A stretch of 64,000 nucleotides of DNA from an uncultured Holophaga sp. Its GTDB lineage: Bacteria > Acidobacteriota > Holophagae > Holophagales > Holophagaceae. The position numbers and the translations under genes were made by a program. Every line of letters starts with the position of its first letter. The stretch's first letter is position 1. Under the pieces are notes generated by a model. That model saw only the letters and a program-made list of their open reading frames with translations. It ran no database searches and had not been told where the DNA came from. This document shows positions 27,701 to 35,808 of this stretch, piece after piece. The stretch lies in assembly GCA_963664825.1 (NCBI GenBank), contig OY761614.1:832001-896000 (forward strand), given 5' to 3'.

Positions 27701-29241
27701 GCGTTGCTCACGATGCATGAGAGAAGCGCGTAGCCGCTGGTTCCGGCCGTGAAATTCACCGTGCTCGCATCGCTTCCAGAAAGCAGACTGCCTCCGCTGA
27801 TGGACCAGGCGTATTTGCATCCGTCCTGGGCGCTCACCGAGGCACTGCCGGTGGCGCCCACCGTCAGATACGTCGGGGCATTCACCATCGGCTGCCCAGC
27901 CAAGGCCACCACCGGAATGACGAGGGTTCCCGCCGGAGAAGATACACCAGCCTTATTGGTGAGGACACAGGAGAGCTGAACCACGCCCGACGCCCCGGCG
28001 CTGAAGATCACCGCATTATTGGCATCCCCGGCGGTGATAACGCCTCCACTGATGGTCCAGGCATAGCGGCACCCGTCCTGGGCCGGCACGCTGGCGGTGC
28101 AGCCCATCTGATTGGAGGCCACCATGGAAGGCGCCGAAAGCGTCGGCACCGTGGGAGCCGCCACCACCGTGGTGATGGCGCTTCCCGCAGGAGAGGCCAC
28201 CCCCAGCGCGTTGGTGACGATACATGAGAGAAGGGCGTAGCCGCTGGTTCCGGCCGTGAAATTCACCGTGCTCGCATCGCTTCCAGAAAGAAGACTGCCT
28301 CCGCTGATGGACCAGGCGTATCTGCATCCGTCCTGGGCGCTCACCGAAGCGCTGCCGGTGGCGCCCACCGTCAGGTACGTCGGGGCAGTCACCGTCGGCT
28401 GCCCAGCCAAGGCCACCACCGGAATGACGAGGGTTCCCGCCGAAGCGGAAATTCCGGCCTTATTGGTGAGGACGCAGGAGAGCTGCACCGTGCCCGTCGC
28501 CCCGGCGATGAAGACCACCGTATTCGTGGCATCTCCCGAGGTGATGATGCCCCCGCTGATGGTCCAGGCATAGCTGCACCCATCCTGGACCGGCACGCTG
28601 GCAGTGCAACCCATCTGATTGGAGGCCACCATGGGAGGCGCCGAAAGCGTCGGCACCGTGGGAGCCGCCACCACCGTGGTGATGGCGCTTCCCACAGGAG
28701 AGGCCACCCCCATCGCGTTGGTGACGATGCATGAGAGGAGCGCGTAGCCGCTGGTCCCGGCCGTGAAATTCACCGTGCTCGCATCGCTTCCAGAAAGCAG
28801 ACTCCCCCCGCTGATGGACCAGGCGTACGTGCACCCGTCCTGGGCGCTCACCGAAGCGCTGCCGGTGGCGCCCACCGTCAGGTAGGCCGGGGCGGTCACC
28901 TTGGGCTGCCCGGCCTGGGGAACCGCCTGGATGGTGAGTAACTGGGTGGCCGTCATCCCATTGTGCCCCGTCACCGTCAGGGAGTAGGTGGTATCAGCCA
29001 GGACGGCCCCTGTAGCCCTCGGAGCGCCACTGAGAACAGTGCCCACACGCTGGTCCACGACCCCTGAACCATTCGAAAAAATGGCCGTCAGCGTGGTCTC
29101 CTCACCGGAAGTGACCGTATTTTTTGCAGCCGTGAAGCTGGTAATGGTCGGAGGCGGGAAATAATCCTTCCCGCCGCCACATCCACTCAGCAGAACGCAC
29201 AGCCCCAACAGGGCCGCGCGACTCATGGTCCGGAAAATCAT
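24715..29241 (-). CDS. Large surface lipoprotein: Ig/PKD-like repeats, FG-GAP/VCBS propeller, Ser/Thr-rich beta C-terminus
   Basis: Lipobox LLSGC-GGG; repeated YAWSISGG/YAWTISGG domains; DLNKDGKQE, DIDHDGRDE, DIDADGKVE, DLDGDGMEE motifs; GGAG RBS before ATG 29241. Confidence 0.85.
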   Translation of the reverse strand: MIFRTMSRAALLGLCVLLSGCGGGKDYFPPPTITSFTAAKNTVTSGEETTLTAIFSNGSGVVDQRVGTVLSGAPRATGAVLADTTYSLTVTGHNGMTATQLLTIQAVPQAGQPKVTAPAYLTVGATGSASVSAQDGCTYAWSISGGSLLSGSDASTVNFTAGTSGYALLSCIVTNAMGVASPVGSAITTVVAAPTVPTLSAPPMVASNQMGCTASVPVQDGCSYAWTISGGIITSGDATNTVVFIAGATGTVQLSCVLTNKAGISASAGTLVIPVVALAGQPTVTAPTYLTVGATGSASVSAQDGCRYAWSISGGSLLSGSDASTVNFTAGTSGYALLSCIVTNALGVASPAGSAITTVVAAPTVPTLSAPSMVASNQMGCTASVPAQDGCRYAWTISGGVITAGDANNAVIFSAGASGVVQLSCVLTNKAGVSSPAGTLVIPVVALAGQPMVNAPTYLTVGATGSASVSAQDGCKYAWSISGGSLLSGSDASTVNFTAGTSGYALLSCIVSNAMGVASPAGSAITTILPLPVAPMVTAPSLISPNQAGYTASVPAQAGYSYAWTISGGAITAGDGTNAVTFTAGASGALQLSCVLTNLAGTASLPGITACSILNGPTTPDITLLSTALAAGGVGSAMVTSQSNCTYVWTLKGGTFTTSTTGNSVSFSVSAKSPLVLTCMAVNSLGVQSAVASKSVDVTFTDADVLASLNINTDLGPRKNAQGQDMTSTDQPLGNGTVNIRKIDEPLVVDTANNAYLLSSDLAHAFTQLPVSSLSTSAPTPDQIVIPVPANLYADGKQEVVLFSFPGPSRGSSNDHFTVSLLTGGSGSTLTMKGTVPWTPTSLNTTDGDPRQWYQKFSAVAGDLNKDGKQEIVLMAEDKVYIFDSALNLISGPTSLAPVESFPFVRVACADIDHDGRDEILLFNGGYTSATVGQLSIWQLNSDNSISKKVDGFNVTQIDTSHPTPGISLRGGAIAASDIDADGKVEIVLSGLVSGTSKNRTLMAQVGISGGVWTPSFLPVGVDGDLCSSRWLYRNYSSTEETNRKEHDAAVPVLALADLDGDGMEEIISADDVLTYTAATSLAGASLDYAYDSTSKQLLWGDVVNEVNINRRDPSSMYGQAAVSRLTSDPKGLPEILILNFRNQKLRRYYYDSETKRMLQGTEIQYSTTGQFAPFLCLADLNDDGTVVEYLGHALTFTKPMIKAVLASPPYWTGLTHDQNTGNSFTQFGNSSGISGGFSASMGFSVATMGGVKITLPVVSNGEVEIKVTQKYAWDFAFETTYGYTRDISYATYAGSDAVLFAAVPVDVYGYRVTRSGSNSKVKVGDTLFIQREREALLQFTDVDFYNAHCGKGPEIDRTILQHTLGRPFTYPTRAQAASLVVLDLNQGFLLANSQSGIVPEGNLYNTITYSTSLETGISASWTSETSIEAEVSLVVLAGGSQSFSVGATLSSQVSLGSSIVGCVGGLDAADYSGGTIFKWGIFSYNKTIPATADYNKQDFKVLNYWVQ
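27410..28912 (-). repeat. Three 507-bp (169-aa) intragenic tandem repeats
   Basis: ccgtcctgggcgctcaccga recurs at 27821, 28328 and 28835. Outer limits approximate. Confidence 0.9.
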
Positions 29242-29347
29242 ATTGACTCCTTTGATACGGGATATCCCGATCGATCGGCGGCAGGGCGCCACGGCACTTA
29301 TCCATGGCGGCAGGCCGTGTGTGGCCCAATATCCAAGGAAGGCCCCG

Positions 29348-32300
29348 TTACGGCATCGTGCGTACCAGTCTTACTAAGTGGCGGTTGCTGCGGAGGACCC
29401 CCTGATGGGTGCCACCATAAGCAAAATAGACCATCATGCAACGTGAAGGATAAGAAGGAAAACTGGACGAAGTCCACGTGTAGTTTTCAGTGTCGGCAAA
29501 GTATGCATAGAAACCATAGGCATCGACTAATGCAGACAATTCGTCCTCGGTCGGAAGCCGCCAGTCAGTGGCTCCGCACAGGCCTGCCGCATTCACGGCA
29601 TTCTTGAAGCCCACCGAGTTGGTGCTGGCATCGATCTGGGCCTGGGTCGGCGCATTTGTACCATCGAGCTGCGGTTCACTCGTGCTGTCGTAATTGGTAT
29701 AGATATTCATGTAATAACGCAGGTTTGAGCTGTCAGTCGTGTTTTTGACTTCCCAGGCCAGATTGTTGACATTGTCGGCCACACCACTCCAGCTTGTGGC
29801 GCTGGCATCCAGTGCCGCGCCAGTGGCATCCAGCTTGACGAACTGGGCAAACGTAATGGTGACCGTTGCAATATTGGTGCTGGTGAGTTTGCCATCGCTG
29901 ACCACCAACTGGGCCACATAACTGCCTACCTTGTCGGCCGTGAAGGTGGGTTTCTGCGCCGTGACGTTCAAAAAAACAGCGGCACTCCCGCTTGGTTTGC
30001 TGGTCAGCACCCACAGGTAGGTGAGCGTATCGCCATCGGCATCCGTGCTGCCAGAGCCATCAAGGGTGATCGTGCTGCCGCTGTGGGCGACCTGGTTGCT
30101 CCCGGCATTCGCCACAGGCGCCGTATTAGTAATGGCCGCCGTGGCCGTGATGACCACCGTGGCCACGGCGCTATTGACCTTGCCATCGTTGACGATGAGT
30201 TGGGCGACGTAGGTGCCGTCTTTGTCGGTGGTGAAACCAGGTTTCTGCGCCGTGGAGCTGGAGAGCGTGGCCGTGCTGCCGTTGGGAATGCTGCGGAAAC
30301 TCCACAGGTAGGTGAGCGTATCGTTATTGGCATCGCTGCTGCCTGAGCCATCGAGCGTCACGGCGCTGCCTGTCGCCACGCTCTGGTCGCTGCCCGCCTT
30401 AGCCACGGGGGCGGCGTTGCTGGTGGCGGCGGTGATGACGACGGTCGCCACAGCGCTATTCACCTTGCCATCGTTGACGATGAGCTGGGCGACGTAGGCG
30501 CCATCCTTATCGGCGGTGAAGGTGGGCTTCTGCACCGTGGAACCGGAGAGCGTGGCGTTGCTGCTGCTGGGGATGCTGATGAGGGTCCAGGCATAGCTCA
30601 GCGTGTCGCCGTTGGCATCGCTGCTGGCGCTGCCATCCAGGGCGACGGCCGCGCCCGTGGCGACGCTTTGCGCATTCCCTGCGCTGGCGACGGGCATGGA
30701 ATTGGCGGTGGCCGCCGTGATGGTCACGGTATCCGGGGCGCTATTGAGCCTGCCATCCGAGACGATGAGCTGGATGACGTAGGTGCCATCCTTGTCGGTG
30801 GTGAAGGTCGGTTTGGCGGTGCTGGCGCTGGAGAGCGCGGCGCTGCTGCCGGTGGGCAGACTGGTCAGCGACCAGAGATAGCCCAGGCTATCGCCATTGG
30901 CATCGCTGCTATCCCGCCCATCCAGGATGACGGCGCTGCCGGTGACGACGTTCTGCGGGCTGCCCGCTTTGGCCACCGGAGCGACGTTGAGGACGGCGGC
31001 TGTGAGGGTGACGGTGGCCGCTGTGCTATTGACTTGGCCATCATTGACGGTGAGGGTGGCCACGTAGCTGCCGCTGATATCGGCCGTAAAGCTGGGTTTG
31101 ACGGCCGTGGCGCTGGAGAGGGTCGCACTGCTGCCGCTGGGGGCGTTCAGGGTCCAGGCGTAGGTGAGCGCGTCCCCATTGGCGTCCGTGCTGGCGCTGC
31201 CATCCAAGGTGACGGAGCTGCCGGTGACGACATTCTGATTGCTCCCCGCGCTGGCTGTGGGGGCCACGTTGGCCATGGCGGCGCTGATGGTGACGCTGAT
31301 GCTATTGCTGTTCACCTTCCCATCATTGACGACGAGGCTGGCGACATAGCTGCCGCTGACATCGGCCGTGAAGCTGGGTTTGACGGCCGTGGCGCTGGAC
31401 AGCGCCGCGCTGCTGCCGCTGGGCCTGCTGGTGAGCGTCCAGGCATAGGTCAGCCTGTCGCCATTGGCATCCGTACTGGCGCTGCCATCGAGCGTGACCG
31501 TGGCGCCGACCGGGACGCTCTGCCCCGCGCCCGCGCTGGCCACGGGCGCCACATTGGCTGGGGTGGCGAGGACGACGACGGTGGCCGGAGCGCTGTTGAG
31601 GGCGCCATCATTGACGTACAGAACGGCGGTATAGACGCCGCTAACATCGGCCGTGAAGCTGGGTTTGACGGCGGCGGCGTTCGATAGCGTGGCGCTGCTA
31701 CCGCTGGGCACGATCAAAGTCCAGGCGTAGGTGAGTGTGTCGCCGTTGGCATCGCTGCTGGCGCTGCCATCCAGGGCGACGGCCGCGCCGGTGGCGACGC
31801 TTTGCGCATTCCCTGCGCTGGCGACGGGAATGGAATTGGCGGTGGCCGCCGTGATGGTCACGGTATCCGGGGCGCTATTGAGCCTGCCATCCGAGACGAT
31901 GAGCTGGATGACGTAGGTGCCATCCTTGTCGGCGGTGAAGGTCGGTTTGGCGGTGCTGGCGCTGGAGAGCGCGGCGCTGCTGCCGGTGGGCAGACTGGTC
32001 AGCGACCAGAGATAGCCCAGGCTATCGCCATTGGCATCGCTGCTATCCCGCCCATCCAGGATGACGGCGCTGCCGGTGACGACGTTCTGCGGGCTGCCCG
32101 CTTTGGCCACCGGAGCGACGTTGAGGACGGCGGCTGTGAGGGTGACGGTGGCCGCTGCGCTGTTGAGTTCGCCGTCATTGACCGTGAGGGTGGCCACGTA
32201 GGTGCCGCTGACATCAGTGGTGAAACTTGGTCTGACGGCGGTGGCGCTCGATAGTCTGGCGCTGCTGCCGCTGGGGGCGTTCAGGGTCCAAGCGTAGGTG

Positions 32301-32821
32301 AGCGCGTCCCCATTGGCGTCCGTGCTGGCGCTGCCATCGAGCGTGACCGTGCTTCCGGTGACGACGCTCTGCGCCGCACCCGCGCTGGCGACGGGCGCGA
32401 CATTGGCCATGGCGGCGCTGATGGTGACGCTGGCGCTATTGCTGTTCACCTTCCCATCATTGACGACGAGGCTGGCGACATAGCTGCCGCTGACATCAGC
32501 CGTGAAGCTGGGTTTGACGGCCGTGGCGCTGGATAGCGCTGCGCTGCTGCCGCTGGGTCTGCTGGTGAGCGTCCAGGCATAGGTCAGCCTGTCGCCATTG
32601 GCATCCACGCTGAGGCTGCCATCGAGCGTGACCGTGGCGCCGACCGTAACGCTCTGCCCCGCGCCCGCGCCCGCGCTGGCGATCGGCGCCACGTTGGCCG
32701 CTGGCAGGGTGATCGTGTTGGTTTTATCGCCGCCGCCACAGCCCATCCAGGATAGGGATGCCGATAGCACCAGCAGCAGGAGTGCTATGATTCCAATTGG
32801 TTTTCTGGCAACACTTTGCAT
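29348..32821 (-). CDS. Lipoprotein with 10 PKD/REJ-like domains and C-terminal DUF1566 (Lcl/CLec-fold) domain
   Basis: SWMGC-GGG lipobox; ten N.APVA.AG..Q.V..G..V.LDG domains; DNVNNLAWEVK, LCGATDWRLPT..EL, WTSS, VRLVR. Confidence 0.88.
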   Translation of the reverse strand: MQSVARKPIGIIALLLLVLSASLSWMGCGGGDKTNTITLPAANVAPIASAGAGAGQSVTVGATVTLDGSLSVDANGDRLTYAWTLTSRPSGSSAALSSATAVKPSFTADVSGSYVASLVVNDGKVNSNSASVTISAAMANVAPVASAGAAQSVVTGSTVTLDGSASTDANGDALTYAWTLNAPSGSSARLSSATAVRPSFTTDVSGTYVATLTVNDGELNSAAATVTLTAAVLNVAPVAKAGSPQNVVTGSAVILDGRDSSDANGDSLGYLWSLTSLPTGSSAALSSASTAKPTFTADKDGTYVIQLIVSDGRLNSAPDTVTITAATANSIPVASAGNAQSVATGAAVALDGSASSDANGDTLTYAWTLIVPSGSSATLSNAAAVKPSFTADVSGVYTAVLYVNDGALNSAPATVVVLATPANVAPVASAGAGQSVPVGATVTLDGSASTDANGDRLTYAWTLTSRPSGSSAALSSATAVKPSFTADVSGSYVASLVVNDGKVNSNSISVTISAAMANVAPTASAGSNQNVVTGSSVTLDGSASTDANGDALTYAWTLNAPSGSSATLSSATAVKPSFTADISGSYVATLTVNDGQVNSTAATVTLTAAVLNVAPVAKAGSPQNVVTGSAVILDGRDSSDANGDSLGYLWSLTSLPTGSSAALSSASTAKPTFTTDKDGTYVIQLIVSDGRLNSAPDTVTITAATANSMPVASAGNAQSVATGAAVALDGSASSDANGDTLSYAWTLISIPSSSNATLSGSTVQKPTFTADKDGAYVAQLIVNDGKVNSAVATVVITAATSNAAPVAKAGSDQSVATGSAVTLDGSGSSDANNDTLTYLWSFRSIPNGSTATLSSSTAQKPGFTTDKDGTYVAQLIVNDGKVNSAVATVVITATAAITNTAPVANAGSNQVAHSGSTITLDGSGSTDADGDTLTYLWVLTSKPSGSAAVFLNVTAQKPTFTADKVGSYVAQLVVSDGKLTSTNIATVTITFAQFVKLDATGAALDASATSWSGVADNVNNLAWEVKNTTDSSNLRYYMNIYTNYDSTSEPQLDGTNAPTQAQIDASTNSVGFKNAVNAAGLCGATDWRLPTEDELSALVDAYGFYAYFADTENYTWTSSSFPSYPSRCMMVYFAYGGTHQGVLRSNRHLVRLVRTMP
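30580..32680 (-). repeat. 1134-bp intragenic duplication of a four-domain block
   Basis: Matching strings offset by 1134 (30666/31800; 31447/32581). Outer limits approximate. Confidence 0.88.
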
Positions 32822-32933
32822 GGACTTCTCCATTATATTCATTACTTAATAATATTTAACCCAAACCAGACCATTCCCCGTTGGCCCATAAGGCGACCCG
32901 GGTTTCCTTCTCTCGGTTTGAGGTTAGAGCGGC

Positions 32934-32952
32934 GATGTTAATGGGATGTTAA
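32934..32952. promoter_or_regulatory. OmpR/ArcA-type direct repeat, 11-bp period
   Basis: gatgttaa-tgg-gatgttaa in the divergent intergenic region upstream of the response regulator. Confidence 0.55.
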
Positions 32953-32993
32953 CGAGCGCATGATCCTGATATTTTTTTTGCGTGAGGCCAGGG

Positions 32994-33671
32994 ATGAGCA
33001 GGGAGTGTCGGATTCTGATTGTGGAAGACGATCCTGCCCAACGCCTACTGCTCGTGGGGTACCTGGCGCGCACGGGCTTCAAACTCCTGGAGGCAGGCAA
33101 GGTCTCGGAGGCCGAGGCATGGATGGGGCAAGGGATCGTCGATCTCGTCCTCCTCGATCTAAATCTGCCGGATGGCGACGGGCTGGACTTAGCGCGGAAG
33201 CTTCATAGTTGCGAAGTCCCGGTGGTCATCGTGTCCAGCCGCGATGCGGACCGGGTGGTCGGCCTGGAGATCGGCGTGGACGACTTCGTGAGCAAGCCTT
33301 ACAACCCCCGCGAGTTGGTGGCCCGGGTGATCAATCTCGTGAGGCGTTGCCATCGGATGCCCTCCCATGAGGTCAAGCCCTTCGGGCGGTTCCGCCTCCA
33401 TGGGGGCCAGCGGATCCTGCTGGATGATCAGGAACATGCCATTCCCCTGACGCGAGGCGAATTTGATCTGCTCGACCAGCTCCTCTCCGTCAAGGGCATG
33501 GTGAAGACCAGGGATCAGCTCAGCCAAGCCATCAGCACAGAGGATGGCATGGCCTCGAGACGGAGCGTCGATGTGCTGGTGTCCCGCCTTCGCCAGAAGC
33601 TTGAGGATAATCCCAAGCACCCCACCCTCCTCCAGACCGTGGCTGGCCTGGGATACCGACTGAATGACTGA
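32994..33671 (+). CDS. OmpR-family response regulator (ArcA/TorR-like)
   Basis: ILIVEDD, LLDLNLPDGDG, KPYNPREL, wHTH RSVDVLVSRLRQKLEDNP..TVAGLGY. Confidence 0.93.
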   Translation: MSRECRILIVEDDPAQRLLLVGYLARTGFKLLEAGKVSEAEAWMGQGIVDLVLLDLNLPDGDGLDLARKLHSCEVPVVIVSSRDADRVVGLEIGVDDFVSKPYNPRELVARVINLVRRCHRMPSHEVKPFGRFRLHGGQRILLDDQEHAIPLTRGEFDLLDQLLSVKGMVKTRDQLSQAISTEDGMASRRSVDVLVSRLRQKLEDNPKHPTLLQTVAGLGYRLND

Positions 33672-35808
33672 CCCCATGCCCATGGAACTCCCCCTTCCCT
33701 CTCCCTGGACCGGGGAATTCAGGGACCCCGCCGCTGAAGAGGCCTACTACCGCCACACATGGCCCAGGCTCGGCACCCAGAGCAGGATCGTCATGGCCAT
33801 CGCGGGGGTCATGTACCTGGGAGCCACCTATCTCGATTATGACGTGATGACGGCCTGGAGGCCCTTCTGCATCATGCTGGGCCTGCGCATCCTCGTGGCC
33901 CTGGTGCTGGCGGGCTGCATCCTGGCCGCCGCCCGCCCCAGCCTCTTCTACCGCTGGCTCCTCATGGCCGTGATGATCCTGATCGGCATCACCGAACTCT
34001 CGGAGCTCTACATCTTCGCCCGTCAACCCTCGGGGGCCGGGGGACTGCCCTTCATCCTGGTGATCATCCTGATGGCCTATGTGATGGTCCCCAACCGGGT
34101 CTGGATGACGGTCCTTGGCAGTTCTTGCGTTTCACTCATGTTCCTGGGCTATCAGGGCCACGTTTCAGGCTGGGAGGCCCCAGCCAGCTTCCAGATGGGC
34201 CTCTACCTCCTCATGGCTAACGCCACGGGATATGCCTTCCAGGTCCATTGGAACCGTCTGATGAGGCAAGACTTTTCCTTGCGGATCAAGCTTCAGCACG
34301 AGGTCCGGGAGAGGCAGCGCGCCGAAGAAGCGGCCCAGCGGGCTAACGAAACCAAGAGCCGCTTCCTGGCCGTCGTGAGCCACGAGATCCGCACCCCCCT
34401 GAACGGTGTGCTCGGCGGCGTGCAGCTCCTCCAGGAAACCACCCTCCACCCCGAGCAGCTGGATTACCTCGAACTGATCGGACACAGCGGAGATCATCTC
34501 GCCAGGCTGCTGGATGATGTTTTGGACCTGGCCCGCATCGAAGCGGGCCATACGGAACTGCGGTGCGAAGCCTTCTCCCCGGCCGCACTGCTCACCAGCG
34601 TCCAGGCGGTGCTGAGGCCCCAGGCCCTGGCCAGGCACCTGGAACTCCATGTCGAGGCCCCGGCGGAGCTGCCCCAGGCTCTCCTGGGGGACGCCATGCG
34701 CCTGCGCCAGGTCCTGATCAATCTCCTGGGCAATGGGGTCAAGTTCACTGAGACAGGCACTGTCAGCCTCGCCCTGGAGGTGCAACCGCCCACGGAAGGT
34801 TCCGGCAAGGCCCAGTGCACCTTCAGGGTGCAGGACACGGGCCCAGGCATGGACGAGGCCACCCAGACCCGGGTGTTCGAGGCCTTCGAACAAGGCGATA
34901 ACAGCACCCGCCGCAACCATGGGGGCACGGGGCTGGGGCTGGCCATCAGCCGGGAACTCGTCACGGCCATGGGCGGCGAACTGCATCTGGAAAGCGCCCC
35001 CGGCCAAGGCTCCCGCTTCCACTTCACCCTCCTCCTGCCCCTGGCGGCCCAGGGGAAGCCCCAGCAGCCCCTCCCTCAGGCCTCGGTCCCCCTGCGGGTG
35101 CTGGTGGTGGACGATCTCCCGGCCAACCGCATGGTCGCCACCGGACTCCTGCGCAGCCTCGGCCACCAGGCCATCGAGGCGGCCAGCGGAGCGGAGGCTC
35201 TGGCCACCCTCCGCACAAGCCCCTTCGATGCCGTGCTGCTGGACCTGCACATGCCGGATATGGACGGCATGGAAGTCTATCGGCGCTTCCGTGCCGAAGC
35301 GGGAAAGGGCCTGGCCTTCTTCCTAGTCACAGCCGATACGGAACAGCGCAAGACCCAGGCCTGCCTCGAGGAAGGCCTCCAGGGCCTCATCCCCAAACCC
35401 ATTCGGAAGGAGGTCCTGGCCGCCAGGTTGGCGGGGATCCAGGCGAAGCGCCCCCAGGAGCCCGAGGCCGAGGAGCCCCTGGTGGATCGGGGCCGGATCG
35501 AGGAGACCAGGGAAGACCTCGGCCCGACCTTCTGGTCCAAGGCCCTCGAAGCCTGCCATCAATCCATGCAGGCGAGTCTGGCCCAACTGGAGGATCCCTC
35601 CCTGGTCCCGGAGGCCCTCCATCGGTTGATGGGCCTCTCCGCGTGCTACGCCATGCCCCGCCTCCACCGGGAGCTCACCCGGATCAAGGAGGCCTGGACT
35701 CCGGGCGGCACCCTGCCCCTGACCTCCCTCCGGGCACTGGCGCGGGATTCCCTGGACCAGCTGGGTTCCGGGATTTCGGATATTCCAGGGTCCTGGCTCC
35801 ATGAGTAG
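33664..35808 (+). CDS. Membrane hybrid histidine kinase (HisKA-HATPase-REC-HPt)
   Basis: TM N-terminus; SHEIRTPLNG; NLLGNGVKFT; GGTGLGL; LLDLHMPDMDG; HPt-like ALHRLMG. Confidence 0.93.
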   Translation: MTDPMPMELPLPSPWTGEFRDPAAEEAYYRHTWPRLGTQSRIVMAIAGVMYLGATYLDYDVMTAWRPFCIMLGLRILVALVLAGCILAAARPSLFYRWLLMAVMILIGITELSELYIFARQPSGAGGLPFILVIILMAYVMVPNRVWMTVLGSSCVSLMFLGYQGHVSGWEAPASFQMGLYLLMANATGYAFQVHWNRLMRQDFSLRIKLQHEVRERQRAEEAAQRANETKSRFLAVVSHEIRTPLNGVLGGVQLLQETTLHPEQLDYLELIGHSGDHLARLLDDVLDLARIEAGHTELRCEAFSPAALLTSVQAVLRPQALARHLELHVEAPAELPQALLGDAMRLRQVLINLLGNGVKFTETGTVSLALEVQPPTEGSGKAQCTFRVQDTGPGMDEATQTRVFEAFEQGDNSTRRNHGGTGLGLAISRELVTAMGGELHLESAPGQGSRFHFTLLLPLAAQGKPQQPLPQASVPLRVLVVDDLPANRMVATGLLRSLGHQAIEAASGAEALATLRTSPFDAVLLDLHMPDMDGMEVYRRFRAEAGKGLAFFLVTADTEQRKTQACLEEGLQGLIPKPIRKEVLAARLAGIQAKRPQEPEAEEPLVDRGRIEETREDLGPTFWSKALEACHQSMQASLAQLEDPSLVPEALHRLMGLSACYAMPRLHRELTRIKEAWTPGGTLPLTSLRALARDSLDQLGSGISDIPGSWLHE

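Noticed and set aside
29348..33000. Complete diversity-generating retroelement
   Set aside because: No reverse transcriptase, avd or second copy of the C-terminal region seen in the window.
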